Part shown: positions 35,830-46,745 of the stretch, one piece after another | Layout: each line of letters starts with the position of its first letter | How positions within the stretch are numbered: the stretch's first letter is position 1 | Source: Sporopachydermia quercuum | Taxonomy: Eukaryota | Direction of reading: 5' to 3' | Length of the DNA: 64,000 bases | Assembly (NCBI GenBank): GCA_001599295.1 | Contig: BCGN01000006.1 | Coordinates: 930,001 to 994,000, forward strand | Translations under genes and position numbers: made by a program | The notes under the pieces: model-generated | Database searches by the model: none | What the model was told of the DNA's origin: nothing | Seen by the model: the letters and a program-made list of their open reading frames with translations, nothing else

Positions 35830-36637
35830 AATAAAATTGTTACGAAATTACATTAGATGAAAAGCAAGAAAAAAGACTAGGAGAAAGCAGCATTAATCAG
35901 TTTATCGATATACTCTAATGTGTGATTGGAAGTAGTTACACCAGAAAAGCAAAGTCTATAGGGCGCTAGAAATTGAAGTCGAGCGAGCTATATGGAACGA
36001 AGTAGGGATATTTTTCAAGTTCACTGGTAGCAAATACACTGGAATGAATTAAAGAGAGTAGATAATACTTATTTTGGACAAGATAATGTATAAATTAGAT
36101 TTTTTATCTTTTATTCAAATGAACTATATGTATTTAGAATGTATCAATAAGTCTTAATTATAGTACTAGAAGCAGTCTATAATGAATAGTGAAAAGGACC
36201 TGTTTACAGAGTAGAGTATTCACCAGAGGTAGTTGTACGTGATGTAGATACCTTCTACTACCAGTTGATAAGTGATCTTATTATTAGCTGAATAGATACG
36301 AAGAGCCATTCATGTTGATCGCATTTTAGCTGATATCCTATTCTTGAGTACTAATGATACGAATTATTTGATATATATTCATCCAACCATTCAGCCATAT
36401 AAACAAAATTACTGATGATAGTATAAATCAAAGTAATAAATACGTGACTCTTGTTAATATTTAGTTCACATAATAACTACCTACATAAGTAATACAACTA
36501 ATTCACATCCTTTCAACAATATAAAAAAATTATATGATAGACAACTACGAAAGGAAAGTATACTTTTACTATCATCTGGACATATTTCATTCAAAGTTTT
36601 TATCGCAATTTCCATATTATTCACACACACCTTTATA

Positions 36638-39070
36638 TCAGATCTTTTCGACAAAATCTAAAACACGATCCAATAACCATTGATTGAAACCAGTATCCAT
36701 TATAGCTAGTTCATCAGCAACATGTCTTTTTGCAGCAGTATGTTTCATTCTTAATATGAAATTAACCAAAATACTAACAAATAAAACAGTTGCAACCACC
36801 AAAGGACCAAAAACTGCATCAAAGTGCTTACCACTTCGAGCTCTGATCAAATTTAGTCTTCTCATATAAATACCGTAACCCCAGATACCAGTGAAAAGAG
36901 TAAGACCAAAATAGATATAGGCTAACCAGGTAGCTAATTCCTGACTGGCAGCTCGTTTAACAGAATTGTAGATAGTAAAGGTTAATACAGAGAATAGAAC
37001 AGTTACATGAAGCCATCTGTTGAAAGTTCTTTCGTTTGCCAACCAGACTTTAGCTTCAACTTTCACTGGACCTGACAATCTAATAAGTTGTTTTGGTTTG
37101 GTGACACCAGGTGGTAGGACTACATCATCTTCATCCGATTCAGAAGTCAATTTTGATTTGGCAAATTTCTTGGGAGCAAAGAAAGGTATCAACGGATTCC
37201 TTTTAGATAAAAATGGGTGAGATGATGACGAACCCGACGTTGACTCATCATTATCTGATTCATCATCTAAATCTAAATCAGCATCATCAGTGGCATCTTT
37301 CTGAAATACAGCATTGATATTCTTATCAGGGGAACTTACTGACAAAGGACTAGCACTGGGAGCAAAAGGACTTTGATTTGATGCGGCAGTTCCTTTCTTT
37401 TTGAATGGAGACAAATTCGCAGAAGAAGCAGCTCGTTTCTCCTTCTTCTTGAGCTTTTCCTTTTCTTCTTCCCATGCTTGACCAGGATCTCTTCGGATAT
37501 CATGTTCAAGATCAGACAACCAGAAAGGTAAAGTATCCAACCTGTCATCTTCACCAAACAAAGAGGCCAAACCTTGGATAAACTTTGAGAAATTAGGAAC
37601 TTCCTTAACTAAATGGGAACTTGTGAGTTCTTCGATCCAACGACCATGATGAGAAGAATTACCGACAGAAGAGATAATTTTACCATCGGTACCAATTTGA
37701 ACGTCATTAGAATGATTTCTGATTTGAATATCCATTACAGCATATGGGAACTTAACATATTCACCTTTTCTTAAAACGGAATAAGTGTTATCAACACCTG
37801 GTGAATCCAAGTCAGTTCTATGCCAGGTAGAAGGGTCTCGAATAGGCCTATCCTTGTCAAAAGAATCTTCACGAATCATTAATATATCAGAATCAATAGT
37901 TATACGAACTCTTGAATCACCAGGGATTTGGAAAGCAGTTCTGGTGTAAATAATTCTTAAAGCAGGCTGTAAATCATGTTCCTGAATGAAAGATTGTAGT
38001 GATTTAACAGTATTTTCAAACTGTTCAATTTCTGCTTTCTGAGAATGAGATTGTTTCATTCTTTGCACTGTTTTATCCATGGAATAAGTACCGTCTAAAA
38101 AGGACTGGACGTATTTCTCTTTTAATTTCAATCTTTCTTCAGGTAAAACCTCAGATTGAGAAACAACTCTTTTCTCTAGATAAATATCTGGTTTATCAGC
38201 CAATTTACCTGACCATCGTAATCTAAGAGTAGGACTTGTTTCATTTTTCTCTAATTTAGCCTTGTAAAGCTCAAAATTGTCATTTTCAAAATATAAAGCA
38301 GTAACAGTTGGATCACCTTGAGATGGCTCCAAAGAATCGTTATTCGCATTGATGTTATTGTAGACCAACACAGGTAAATGACGAAGAATTCTTGTCTTAA
38401 CTTCCATCAAGTTATCAGGATGAATCCAGAATTTGTAAGAAACAAGATTTGCATCTTCTTCATTAGCTACTTGTGATAGTTTCTTAACAGAAGCCGATCC
38501 TTTACTTTCAGATCCTGAGCTGTATAATTGAGTTGCAAAATTGTCTCTTAGAAATGAGTACAATGCAGATAATCTGTACAGTAAAGGAGAGTAATCTTCT
38601 GAATAAAAAGGTAATGCATTTAAACGAACTTGCAATAATGGTTTAACGGAATACTTAGAATGCAATCTATCATGCTTCTTAACAATCTTTAAGAATCCAG
38701 TGAAGTTAAGTCTCGAGAAATGATCCAATTCTTGAGCTTCAGCTAAAACATCTTCAATTTTCTGTTCCAAAGATTTGATATCGAGTTTCACATTGTCAAT
38801 GTTATCACCAGCGTCCTTAGTAGCGTCTTCAACTTGCTTCTCACACTCACTGATACGATCACTTATTTTCTTGTATTGACTTGTCTGAAAAGAGTAGACT
38901 TTTTCTAATTCAGCGTCTAATTGAGAAACAAATCGAGATTCATCAGCTTCAGTCCAATCTTCTGCAGGGACAACACTTTCTTTCAATAACTTCTTTAAGT
39001 TCTCGTAAGAAATGTATTGATCCTTCCAAGGAGGATAAGTCTCATTGACTAGTTTAAATCCAAAGAGCAT
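36638..39070 (-). CDS. VTC2: Vacuolar transporter chaperone subunit Vtc2/Vtc3 (SPX + VTC + TM)
   Basis: MLFG...YISYENLKKLLK SPX start, LNFTGFLKIVKKHDR, KFWIHPDNLMEVKTRILRHLP, VKVEAKVWLANERTF, three TM helices. Confidence 0.93.
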   Translation of the reverse strand: MLFGFKLVNETYPPWKDQYISYENLKKLLKESVVPAEDWTEADESRFVSQLDAELEKVYSFQTSQYKKISDRISECEKQVEDATKDAGDNIDNVKLDIKSLEQKIEDVLAEAQELDHFSRLNFTGFLKIVKKHDRLHSKYSVKPLLQVRLNALPFYSEDYSPLLYRLSALYSFLRDNFATQLYSSGSESKGSASVKKLSQVANEEDANLVSYKFWIHPDNLMEVKTRILRHLPVLVYNNINANNDSLEPSQGDPTVTALYFENDNFELYKAKLEKNETSPTLRLRWSGKLADKPDIYLEKRVVSQSEVLPEERLKLKEKYVQSFLDGTYSMDKTVQRMKQSHSQKAEIEQFENTVKSLQSFIQEHDLQPALRIIYTRTAFQIPGDSRVRITIDSDILMIREDSFDKDRPIRDPSTWHRTDLDSPGVDNTYSVLRKGEYVKFPYAVMDIQIRNHSNDVQIGTDGKIISSVGNSSHHGRWIEELTSSHLVKEVPNFSKFIQGLASLFGEDDRLDTLPFWLSDLEHDIRRDPGQAWEEEKEKLKKKEKRAASSANLSPFKKKGTAASNQSPFAPSASPLSVSSPDKNINAVFQKDATDDADLDLDDESDNDESTSGSSSSHPFLSKRNPLIPFFAPKKFAKSKLTSESDEDDVVLPPGVTKPKQLIRLSGPVKVEAKVWLANERTFNRWLHVTVLFSVLTFTIYNSVKRAASQELATWLAYIYFGLTLFTGIWGYGIYMRRLNLIRARSGKHFDAVFGPLVVATVLFVSILVNFILRMKHTAAKRHVADELAIMDTGFNQWLLDRVLDFVEKI

Positions 39071-39984
39071 TTTTGCAAAGATCCTTTAAACTGTTATTAT
39101 AATCAACAAAATCTAGGACGCCTTTTGAGCTGAAGTACCAATGAACAATGGAATAGAGTTAACAGCAGTTTCACTGGAAATAAGGATATCGCAATTGCTA
39201 CTTTAATATCTAACCACTGTAGAGAGCAACCAAGATATGAATTGGGAGATCAATTGAAATAGTGAGCAATTTCGGAGACGATGTTGATTCCAATAAGAGA
39301 CAAATTGCAAGAATACCTCTACAATACGACGAGATTAAAGTATCGAACTTTTGGCTGGTTTATAATACTTGTAGTTCAAATAAGAAAGGACAACTCGTCT
39401 TATATGAATTGTGATTTTTCTTTACCGTCTTTCAATGGTTGTAAAGAAGTACAAAAGTACAAGTAAAGTTTGAGACTTAATTATTTATGCATAAGGTTTG
39501 GATCTATTGAGAAAATAGTGCTTACCGTTGCAGGTCGGGCAATATGGGTAGGTTAGAAGGTAATGGGCAATAAGGAAGTATCCTTGAAGATATTTATTTG
39601 AAGAAGTTCTTTTGAATATTTTAATTATGACAGCAAGTAGTAGTTATAATTCAAAAAAAAAAATGAGCTTTGATTATGAGTTCTTTTGATAGTTGGCCAT
39701 GCTTCAGAAGAATCAGTATGAGGAGACATTAGGCAACCTTCCTGCAGGATGAAGAGTAGTTACCGTTAAGAGAAGTCAATTTCAAAACGTTAACTTTAAT
39801 TTCAAACAATTGTTTTTAGTGCAAATGTTGAAGAGTACTATATAAAAAAAAAAAGAGTAGAGCAGAAATATATTCATTTTAACTCCTTATTATTATGTTA
39901 TTTTAGCATATTGATTACCACAATATCTGGTATTCTATGGATATCATGTTCCCCTCTATAATCACATGCTGCTCTGTGAACTAA

Positions 39985-40075
39985 CACGTTGGATGCAGCT
40001 CATGCACCGCTTGCAGATATAACTCACATGTACAAGCATTTTCTTGTCTATACTTCTTTATCAGTCATCCACGTG
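39985..40075. promoter_or_regulatory. Pho4-type E-boxes in the VTC2/IES1 divergent promoter
   Basis: CACGTT at 39985-39990 and CACGTG (CCACGTGC) at 40070-40075; VTC genes are established PHO-regulon targets. Confidence 0.55.
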
Positions 40076-40729
40076 CTGAACCCTCCCATACAAACCACTT
40101 AAAGTTAGACGTACATCTCATCGTTTCAGAACCTAATTCTTTTACTTAGTTAGGTTCACAATTCTGCTTATAGATGCATCACTTGCATGTCACTATAGTG
40201 AGATTTGAGACAGATTAATAGATGACATAATCTCCAAATATAATAGAACACCCTGTCACCATTGCAAAGGTAAATTTTGTCAAACAATCGTTATCCTCTT
40301 TCACATCGCGTCTCTCTTTGTAGCCAGTTTCATTTTTTCTACGTTATTTCTGGACCTGGTTGTAGCTATCATCGTGTCTCAGTCCACAAAGCAAGGGGAG
40401 TAAGAAGCTGAACAACCATAACCAATTGTATGTGTGGAACGAGAGGGATGCTGATATACTATGTAATAACAGCTCATATTTGACAGCAGTTGAGCGTTAA
40501 CAGTCTATCCGCCATCGTAAGTGACAATAGCTAGCTTTCTTTCTCAACTCATNGGCTGGGCTTTATTTGAATGGAAAGATATAGGTTTGTCTAAAAGCAT
40601 TAGCAAATCAGTGCTAAACAGGTAACTTCACCAGAAAGCAGACAATCTGAATCTTTCAGCAAAATCTGTCTACAGTATTCGCTGCTTTTGAATTTGACAG
40701 CGAACTTCATCCATGGTTAATTATTCAAC

Positions 40730-43096
40730 ATGTCATCACCAATAAGCGATGTTTCGACAACTGAGAAACAGGTTACAGAGGAAGAAAAGGATGACGCGGA
40801 TGCAGAAATACTAAACTCTCAAGACACAAAAAAGCAGCCAAGAAATAGGAACCATTCTGCAAATTCAACTGCTGTAGATGCTATAGTAAAATCAGAAACT
40901 CAAGTAGCTCCAAGCTCACCGTTATCACCAATAAGCAGTCAAGACTCGACTGGATTTCCATCTTTCAATGATAAACAGGAAGAAGACGATGAGAAAGAGC
41001 AGAAAGCACCATTGCTTAACATAAAGTCTAAACCAAAACCAAAATCAAGAGGTAAACCAGAAAATAAACGAAGATCTATAAAAGGATTGAATGCAAAGAA
41101 TAAGAAAAACAAAGGAACGGGCAATAACACTAATAATAATAGCGACGGTAGTGATAACGAAGGAAATGAGCCAAAGAAAGCTACTGCAACTAAAATATCT
41201 CAATCATATCATTCCAATCCAAAATTACCTGCTATCAAAAAAAAGGATGGTGAACCATTATGGAGAAGCGAAATTTACTATGATTTACTGGTTTCAATCT
41301 TTGACAATCCGAAGAAAGAATTCACTGATATCTATGAACCCGAAGGCGAGAAGCTGACATATGGCCAGTTATATGTTAAAACTATGGCAAATAGTTCCAA
41401 ATGTTCCAAAGTGCTAAAAGATAAACTGCTTACTGGGGATTGGATAGTCAGCAGGAACACAGCCATGGTATGTTTTTTAGTCAATGTGGGGAGAATGAAT
41501 ACGACATTAAATTTTTTTCCTGAAATGAAAGCTCAGCTTAGGACGTATCATCCGATTCCTGTTTTACAAGTATATTCGTCCACATCTGGTGATAAAGAGA
41601 ATAATGGTAGCAAAGAAGACCAGAAAGATTATCAGCAACTCCAGGATGCTCCGAGATTGAAATCAATACTGAAAGCTGTCTGCGATGATACTGAGGAACC
41701 AGCTACACTGGAAGAGTTAACTTCAGAGCCTTATATCAGCAAAATTCCTCATACAAACCCAATCAATCTTCTATTCATGATATGCTCATATACTGAGGAA
41801 ATGACTAGTCAATACTTAACTGGGGAGCAAGATTTCATTGACATATTCATGAACGATAGCTTCACTGTAGAATCACGCACTCAAGTGTTCCTGTGGTTGA
41901 TGTATACATATTTGGAGACTGAGCTGACTCCCGAGACAATAAGAAAGAATCCTTTTGGTATTGGTGAAGAAGAATCTGATCTTTTATTACCACCAGATTT
42001 TGTTGAAGCATCAGAAGAGGAGATTTCTCAAGGTAATCAGGATACTATAGAAGAAAAAGAGTTTGGAGAGATTATGCAAGCGGAACGTAGAAGCTACCTT
42101 GGTGTGAAATCTCCTGCTGTTGATTTAAGCGGTCGAAGCTCAACCGTTGATACCAAGTTGCTAGAAGAAAAGTATCTCTCGTCCTTAAACCCGGGAAAAG
42201 CCAGGAGAAATGAATCAGCGAAAGAGCAAGTACGAGTAAGATCTATTTTGTTTGGACATGTGATGAAAGAATTAATTGAAAAAAGAATGAAAGTAAAGCG
42301 AGAGAAACGAATGGTAACCGGAGGACTATTATTACACTGGGATCATAGAGCAGAAGTCCTGTTTCCTGATGCAGGAGAAGATGACAACATTGAGAGTAGA
42401 ATTGCTAACGGTGAAGCAGCTGATAAGAATGTCAAACAGGAAGATGATGCTGAGCCACCAGTGAAAAAATTGAAAAGTAGTAAAGGCAAAAACAAGGCAA
42501 AGAGTAGTAGCAATGGTAATGACGACAAAACTGAAGACAAACAACGAGATACTACATTTGCTTCAACAGGCCAAGTTAGGGAAAAATCAGACTATGGCGA
42601 GTTTTCTGGAGCTTTAGCTAGTTGCTTTGGGAAGCTATACAAATGGCTAGGTTCTTATGAAGATGGTAAGTTCTCTAGCTTGAAAGAGATTGTTGAGATG
42701 AATAGACAGAAGCAACCTGAGAATTATACTGATGCTGAATCACCATCAGTTTTGGAAGATGACGAGGAGATAACAGTAGCTGTAGATCTAGCTGTAGAAG
42801 ATGAAGCAGATGGTAATGAAGACACCATAGTTGTCGATGCCATTGAGGAAGGAGATCAAGAACAGGAAACCGAAAAGGAGACGGAAATACTAGCTGAAGC
42901 AGAAGTGGAAGTCGAAGGGGGAAAAGGATGTGAAGGTCAAGCCGACATAGAAACTGAGGAAAAGAATGATGAACCTACTAGTGACTCTATGGGAAGCAGG
43001 AAAGAGCTTGAGACTGTGAATGAAGAAGCAAATGAGAATGCAGCTGTTGAAGATTATCCTGATGGTAGTGATAATGATGTTGATATGGTGGTTTGA
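40730..43096 (+). CDS. IES1: INO80 complex subunit Ies1
   Basis: IKKKDGEPLWR, NVGRMNTTLNF, QLRTYHPIP, LQDAPRLKSILKA, FLWLMYTYLET. Confidence 0.88.
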   Translation: MSSPISDVSTTEKQVTEEEKDDADAEILNSQDTKKQPRNRNHSANSTAVDAIVKSETQVAPSSPLSPISSQDSTGFPSFNDKQEEDDEKEQKAPLLNIKSKPKPKSRGKPENKRRSIKGLNAKNKKNKGTGNNTNNNSDGSDNEGNEPKKATATKISQSYHSNPKLPAIKKKDGEPLWRSEIYYDLLVSIFDNPKKEFTDIYEPEGEKLTYGQLYVKTMANSSKCSKVLKDKLLTGDWIVSRNTAMVCFLVNVGRMNTTLNFFPEMKAQLRTYHPIPVLQVYSSTSGDKENNGSKEDQKDYQQLQDAPRLKSILKAVCDDTEEPATLEELTSEPYISKIPHTNPINLLFMICSYTEEMTSQYLTGEQDFIDIFMNDSFTVESRTQVFLWLMYTYLETELTPETIRKNPFGIGEEESDLLLPPDFVEASEEEISQGNQDTIEEKEFGEIMQAERRSYLGVKSPAVDLSGRSSTVDTKLLEEKYLSSLNPGKARRNESAKEQVRVRSILFGHVMKELIEKRMKVKREKRMVTGGLLLHWDHRAEVLFPDAGEDDNIESRIANGEAADKNVKQEDDAEPPVKKLKSSKGKNKAKSSSNGNDDKTEDKQRDTTFASTGQVREKSDYGEFSGALASCFGKLYKWLGSYEDGKFSSLKEIVEMNRQKQPENYTDAESPSVLEDDEEITVAVDLAVEDEADGNEDTIVVDAIEEGDQEQETEKETEILAEAEVEVEGGKGCEGQADIETEEKNDEPTSDSMGSRKELETVNEEANENAAVEDYPDGSDNDVDMVV

Positions 43097-43751
43097 TATG
43101 TATAAGGATGTGGCTTCAAATTTTCATCCTCTGTATACGGAATCAGATATGTCATATTATAACTGTGCATGATGCCTAAAACTGACATCTGTAGCCTTCC
43201 TTCAGTTACTGTGGATACTACATACAGTCTTTATGAATATAGCTCACGAACCTACAATTATGAAACATAATAACACATAATATATAAATGAAATGTTGAC
43301 TAAGTAGTGGATCCATTGATACAACTATTCTATGAAATCGGACCTTTCAATGATTTAGTACATATATTACCATATTCTTGAAACCTATCATCATCAACAT
43401 CATCCTTGAGATAATACTCAGGTCGTTCATTATTTTCAACTGATTTTTATTTTTTTCGGCATCCTCTTCTTAACCGTAAGTGTACCTTTTCCTGTGTTAT
43501 ATGGTCCAATTGCAATAAGCTATCCTTTTCTTTTCTATTAATTCATAAATCATCTCATAAAACTCAAATAAAAAAAAAAGTTAAAATAATATGAATAACA
43601 AACCATTTAACTAATCGTTAGAGCGAAACCAAAACCACTGTAATGGACTCGCATCTTAATGTATTCATTTATTTACTTATCTGTTGGAATGTCCAAAGGA
43701 ATCGTTGGGTAAAAAAAACTCATAGAAAAAAATAATTATCTATTATCACCA

Positions 43752-46745
43752 TCAATCAACAGGAGAAATAATGTAATCGTTACCATTGTCAGGATTCAAA
43801 TTGGACGGCAGGATTCTTTGTAGATGTTGGATTTCTCTCTTTGAACCATCAAGTTTAGCTTCTAAGGCAGAGATCTTTGCTAACGAATGTTTAGATTCCT
43901 GATCCCGTTGCTCTCTAACAGTTCTCAATGCATCTCTGAGCGCATCTCTTTGAGATTCCAAAGCTTGAACTCTACTTGGATCATTAGATTGCAATTGAGT
44001 GCTATTTTGTAAAGCCTCAATTCTAGCTTTCAAATCAATGTTAATTCGCTCTTTATCCTTCAATTCTTTACTATGCTCTTCTTCTTTTACTTTGAAAGTG
44101 CTGATTTCTCTCCTCAATGCTAACATCTCATCTTCCAACTCTTCATTTTTATTATGTAAATTGCTAATTTCCTTTGTCTTACTCTCAACCTCCATGGAGA
44201 GTTTACTTACAGTATAACTCTCATTACCACTTGGATAAACTTTTGCTAGATGTGCTTCAGCAACATAGCGAAGATTACGTTCTTCGTTTAACTGCTTGAT
44301 CAAACTACTCAACTGAGTAGCGTATACTTGTTCGCTATTAAGTTTCGATTCTGCCAGCCGTGTGTCTTTAGTAGGATTTGCCAGTAAATCGTCGAACTCT
44401 TTCTTCAATTTTCGATCATCTGTTGTCAGAAGCTTCATCTCTAAATTCAATTCTCTCTTCACAGCTTCGGCAAGCTCTGCTGAAACCTGGTTCAACTCTG
44501 ACATAAGTTCTTGATTCAATTTGAGAATTCCCAATTGATCAGGACTCAGTTTGGCCTCGCTTTCGCCATGACCGTTCTGTTCATTACTCGCTGTCTTTTG
44601 TTTGGAGATTTTTATAGGCTCCAGTGACTTGGATCGTTCTTCATGTTCTTCTTCAATGATGTTTCCATTTGTAAGTTCAGATTTTGAACTTTTTCTATTA
44701 GAGACAGAATCTAAGACAGGGTACGAATTATCTGGTGGAGCTGGTGATCTAGGATCTAACGATACGAATGGTGCTGCTGGCGTGGAAGGTTTAATTGCAT
44801 TGTTAGATGACGAATGATTGCCACTTAAACGTTTACTGGCCCATCTTAAGAACCCTGGTTTCTTTTCTTTATTCGTGGTTGGCTCATTAATAGGTGATCC
44901 TTTCTCTTTCGTTAGATCAATCATAGGGATAGGCTTAACACTTATTGGAGCCTTTGCCGATGTACTGGAAGCTTGGGACAATGATTCAGTGGGTGAATTG
45001 CTTGGGGAGAACTCATCTCTTAGTTTTTCTGTGCTTGTACTGAGACTTTCTGGTGCATCAACATAAACAGTACTATGACTAGGTGTTATGGAGCTTTGAT
45101 TTGCGAAGGTGTTGAAAGAACTGGTATAAGTGTCCTGGGAGAGCTTTCTGGAATGACGATGATGTTTCTTTGGGGAAGAACTCATGAAATTCAATTCTTC
45201 CTCAGTGCCAGTAGTATCCGAGAGCTTCTGGGATTCGTTAAGTGGAGATTGGTTTCTTCCACTTGGTGAACGACCTGCCATTTGAGAACCATTTGGCCCT
45301 CCGTTTCTTATATCCGAAGATAATTTGGCACTGTTATCAGTTGCTTTATTATCTACAATGTCATAGTGATTCTCCAATTTATACTCTAGCTGAGAATCTT
45401 CCAATATAGTTCCAGCAACTCTGGAAACAGGTGAAGAGCCTTCAGAAGATTGACAATAACCTTGTTGAGGAGGTGGTGGCCGTTTGAAGGCTTGCTGCGG
45501 TTGTTGAGGTTGGTCTTCACTAGAACTACTTAAGCTCATATTTCCTGGTGTTGATCTACCTGTCCATCCATTCATCGGTCTAGGCATTCCCATATTGGGC
45601 CCATACTTACTGGGGAGATAGTTTGCATCCTGCGGAAATGGAGCTCTTGTCTTTAATGTTCCATTAGGATTAGAATAAAGATTAGGGTTCATATTAGGGT
45701 TCATATTGGGGTTGGGACTGTAAGGAAAAGCCATATCTTCTTGTGAAAGAGGTTGTCGAGGTTTCATACCTACTTGTTGACCTGGAGGCAAAAATCCGGG
45801 TCCCAAATTTCGATTTGAATTTGAAGTTAATGACATGGAACGCGGATTCGCGCCCATGCGATTAGGCGGTGGCCCATAAGGTCCGGTGGGATAAGCTTGT
45901 ATCTGAGGATTTAGACTTGCAGAGCTTATTCCCGGTCCGTTCATATTCGGACCATAAGCACCACCATTGAATCTATCTAAGGCATCGCTACTAGGAGGAC
46001 CTCCAAATGAGGGTGGAGGCGGTCCCATCAAAGAGTATGTTCCCTGTTGCCGACTTTTGTTGACCTGAACTTGTTGAGCATACATCATCTTTCTCTGATT
46101 ATTCATTTGTTTACGATATGCAGTGTTGGTATTCGATTTATGTGTTGATATGGTGGGAATTAAAGGTGTCGAATCCGAAGAGAGCATACCTGAAACTAGA
46201 GCTTGGTTGGTCATTGACATGGCTCGACCTTTAGCATTATTGGTGGGCAATGTTGGATATCTCTGTCTGTCAAATAGGTTTGATTGTAATTCTGATAGAC
46301 CAACTTCTGGCGCAGCATCCAAATACAAGTCACCTTCATCACCAGAGTTTCCCTCCCCATCTAAATCTATATCTGAATTCTTCTTCTTCTTTCGGGAAAA
46401 AAAAGTAATTCCAGATGATTTCGAGACAGTGGATCCTCTTCTATTTCTTTCACTTAAGGGTTGCGGACCAGACCAATTATTACTTGGCTCAGCATATGGT
46501 ACATCGGGCTGCTGGAATAGCTGTTGAAACTGTTGCGGAGTATCTGATGGAAAGTATGATGGCTGCGGATATTGTTGCGATGGATATCTTTGAGGTTGGG
46601 GCGGAGACAATATCTTGTGTTGTTGTTGTTCTTGCATCTGTTGTCTCCGGGCAATATCATCAGGGACTAACGATAGATCTGACATCATATCGTTATTTTG
46701 AGGATATGTCATCTCGGATGGTTGAGAATACGCCGGATGATTCAT
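43752..46745 (-). CDS. EPO1: Epo1-like ER-polarisome tether (P/Q-rich N-terminus, FFAT-like motif, C-terminal coiled coils)
   Basis: RAMSM/RSMSLT motifs, FFAT-like STVYVDAPE, ELMSELNQVSAELAEAVKRE coiled coil. PKR1 (YMR123W) neighbours EPO1 (YMR124W) in S. cerevisiae. ATG at 46745. Confidence 0.6.
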   Translation of the reverse strand: MNHPAYSQPSEMTYPQNNDMMSDLSLVPDDIARRQQMQEQQQHKILSPPQPQRYPSQQYPQPSYFPSDTPQQFQQLFQQPDVPYAEPSNNWSGPQPLSERNRRGSTVSKSSGITFFSRKKKKNSDIDLDGEGNSGDEGDLYLDAAPEVGLSELQSNLFDRQRYPTLPTNNAKGRAMSMTNQALVSGMLSSDSTPLIPTISTHKSNTNTAYRKQMNNQRKMMYAQQVQVNKSRQQGTYSLMGPPPPSFGGPPSSDALDRFNGGAYGPNMNGPGISSASLNPQIQAYPTGPYGPPPNRMGANPRSMSLTSNSNRNLGPGFLPPGQQVGMKPRQPLSQEDMAFPYSPNPNMNPNMNPNLYSNPNGTLKTRAPFPQDANYLPSKYGPNMGMPRPMNGWTGRSTPGNMSLSSSSEDQPQQPQQAFKRPPPPQQGYCQSSEGSSPVSRVAGTILEDSQLEYKLENHYDIVDNKATDNSAKLSSDIRNGGPNGSQMAGRSPSGRNQSPLNESQKLSDTTGTEEELNFMSSSPKKHHRHSRKLSQDTYTSSFNTFANQSSITPSHSTVYVDAPESLSTSTEKLRDEFSPSNSPTESLSQASSTSAKAPISVKPIPMIDLTKEKGSPINEPTTNKEKKPGFLRWASKRLSGNHSSSNNAIKPSTPAAPFVSLDPRSPAPPDNSYPVLDSVSNRKSSKSELTNGNIIEEEHEERSKSLEPIKISKQKTASNEQNGHGESEAKLSPDQLGILKLNQELMSELNQVSAELAEAVKRELNLEMKLLTTDDRKLKKEFDDLLANPTKDTRLAESKLNSEQVYATQLSSLIKQLNEERNLRYVAEAHLAKVYPSGNESYTVSKLSMEVESKTKEISNLHNKNEELEDEMLALRREISTFKVKEEEHSKELKDKERINIDLKARIEALQNSTQLQSNDPSRVQALESQRDALRDALRTVREQRDQESKHSLAKISALEAKLDGSKREIQHLQRILPSNLNPDNGNDYIISPVD

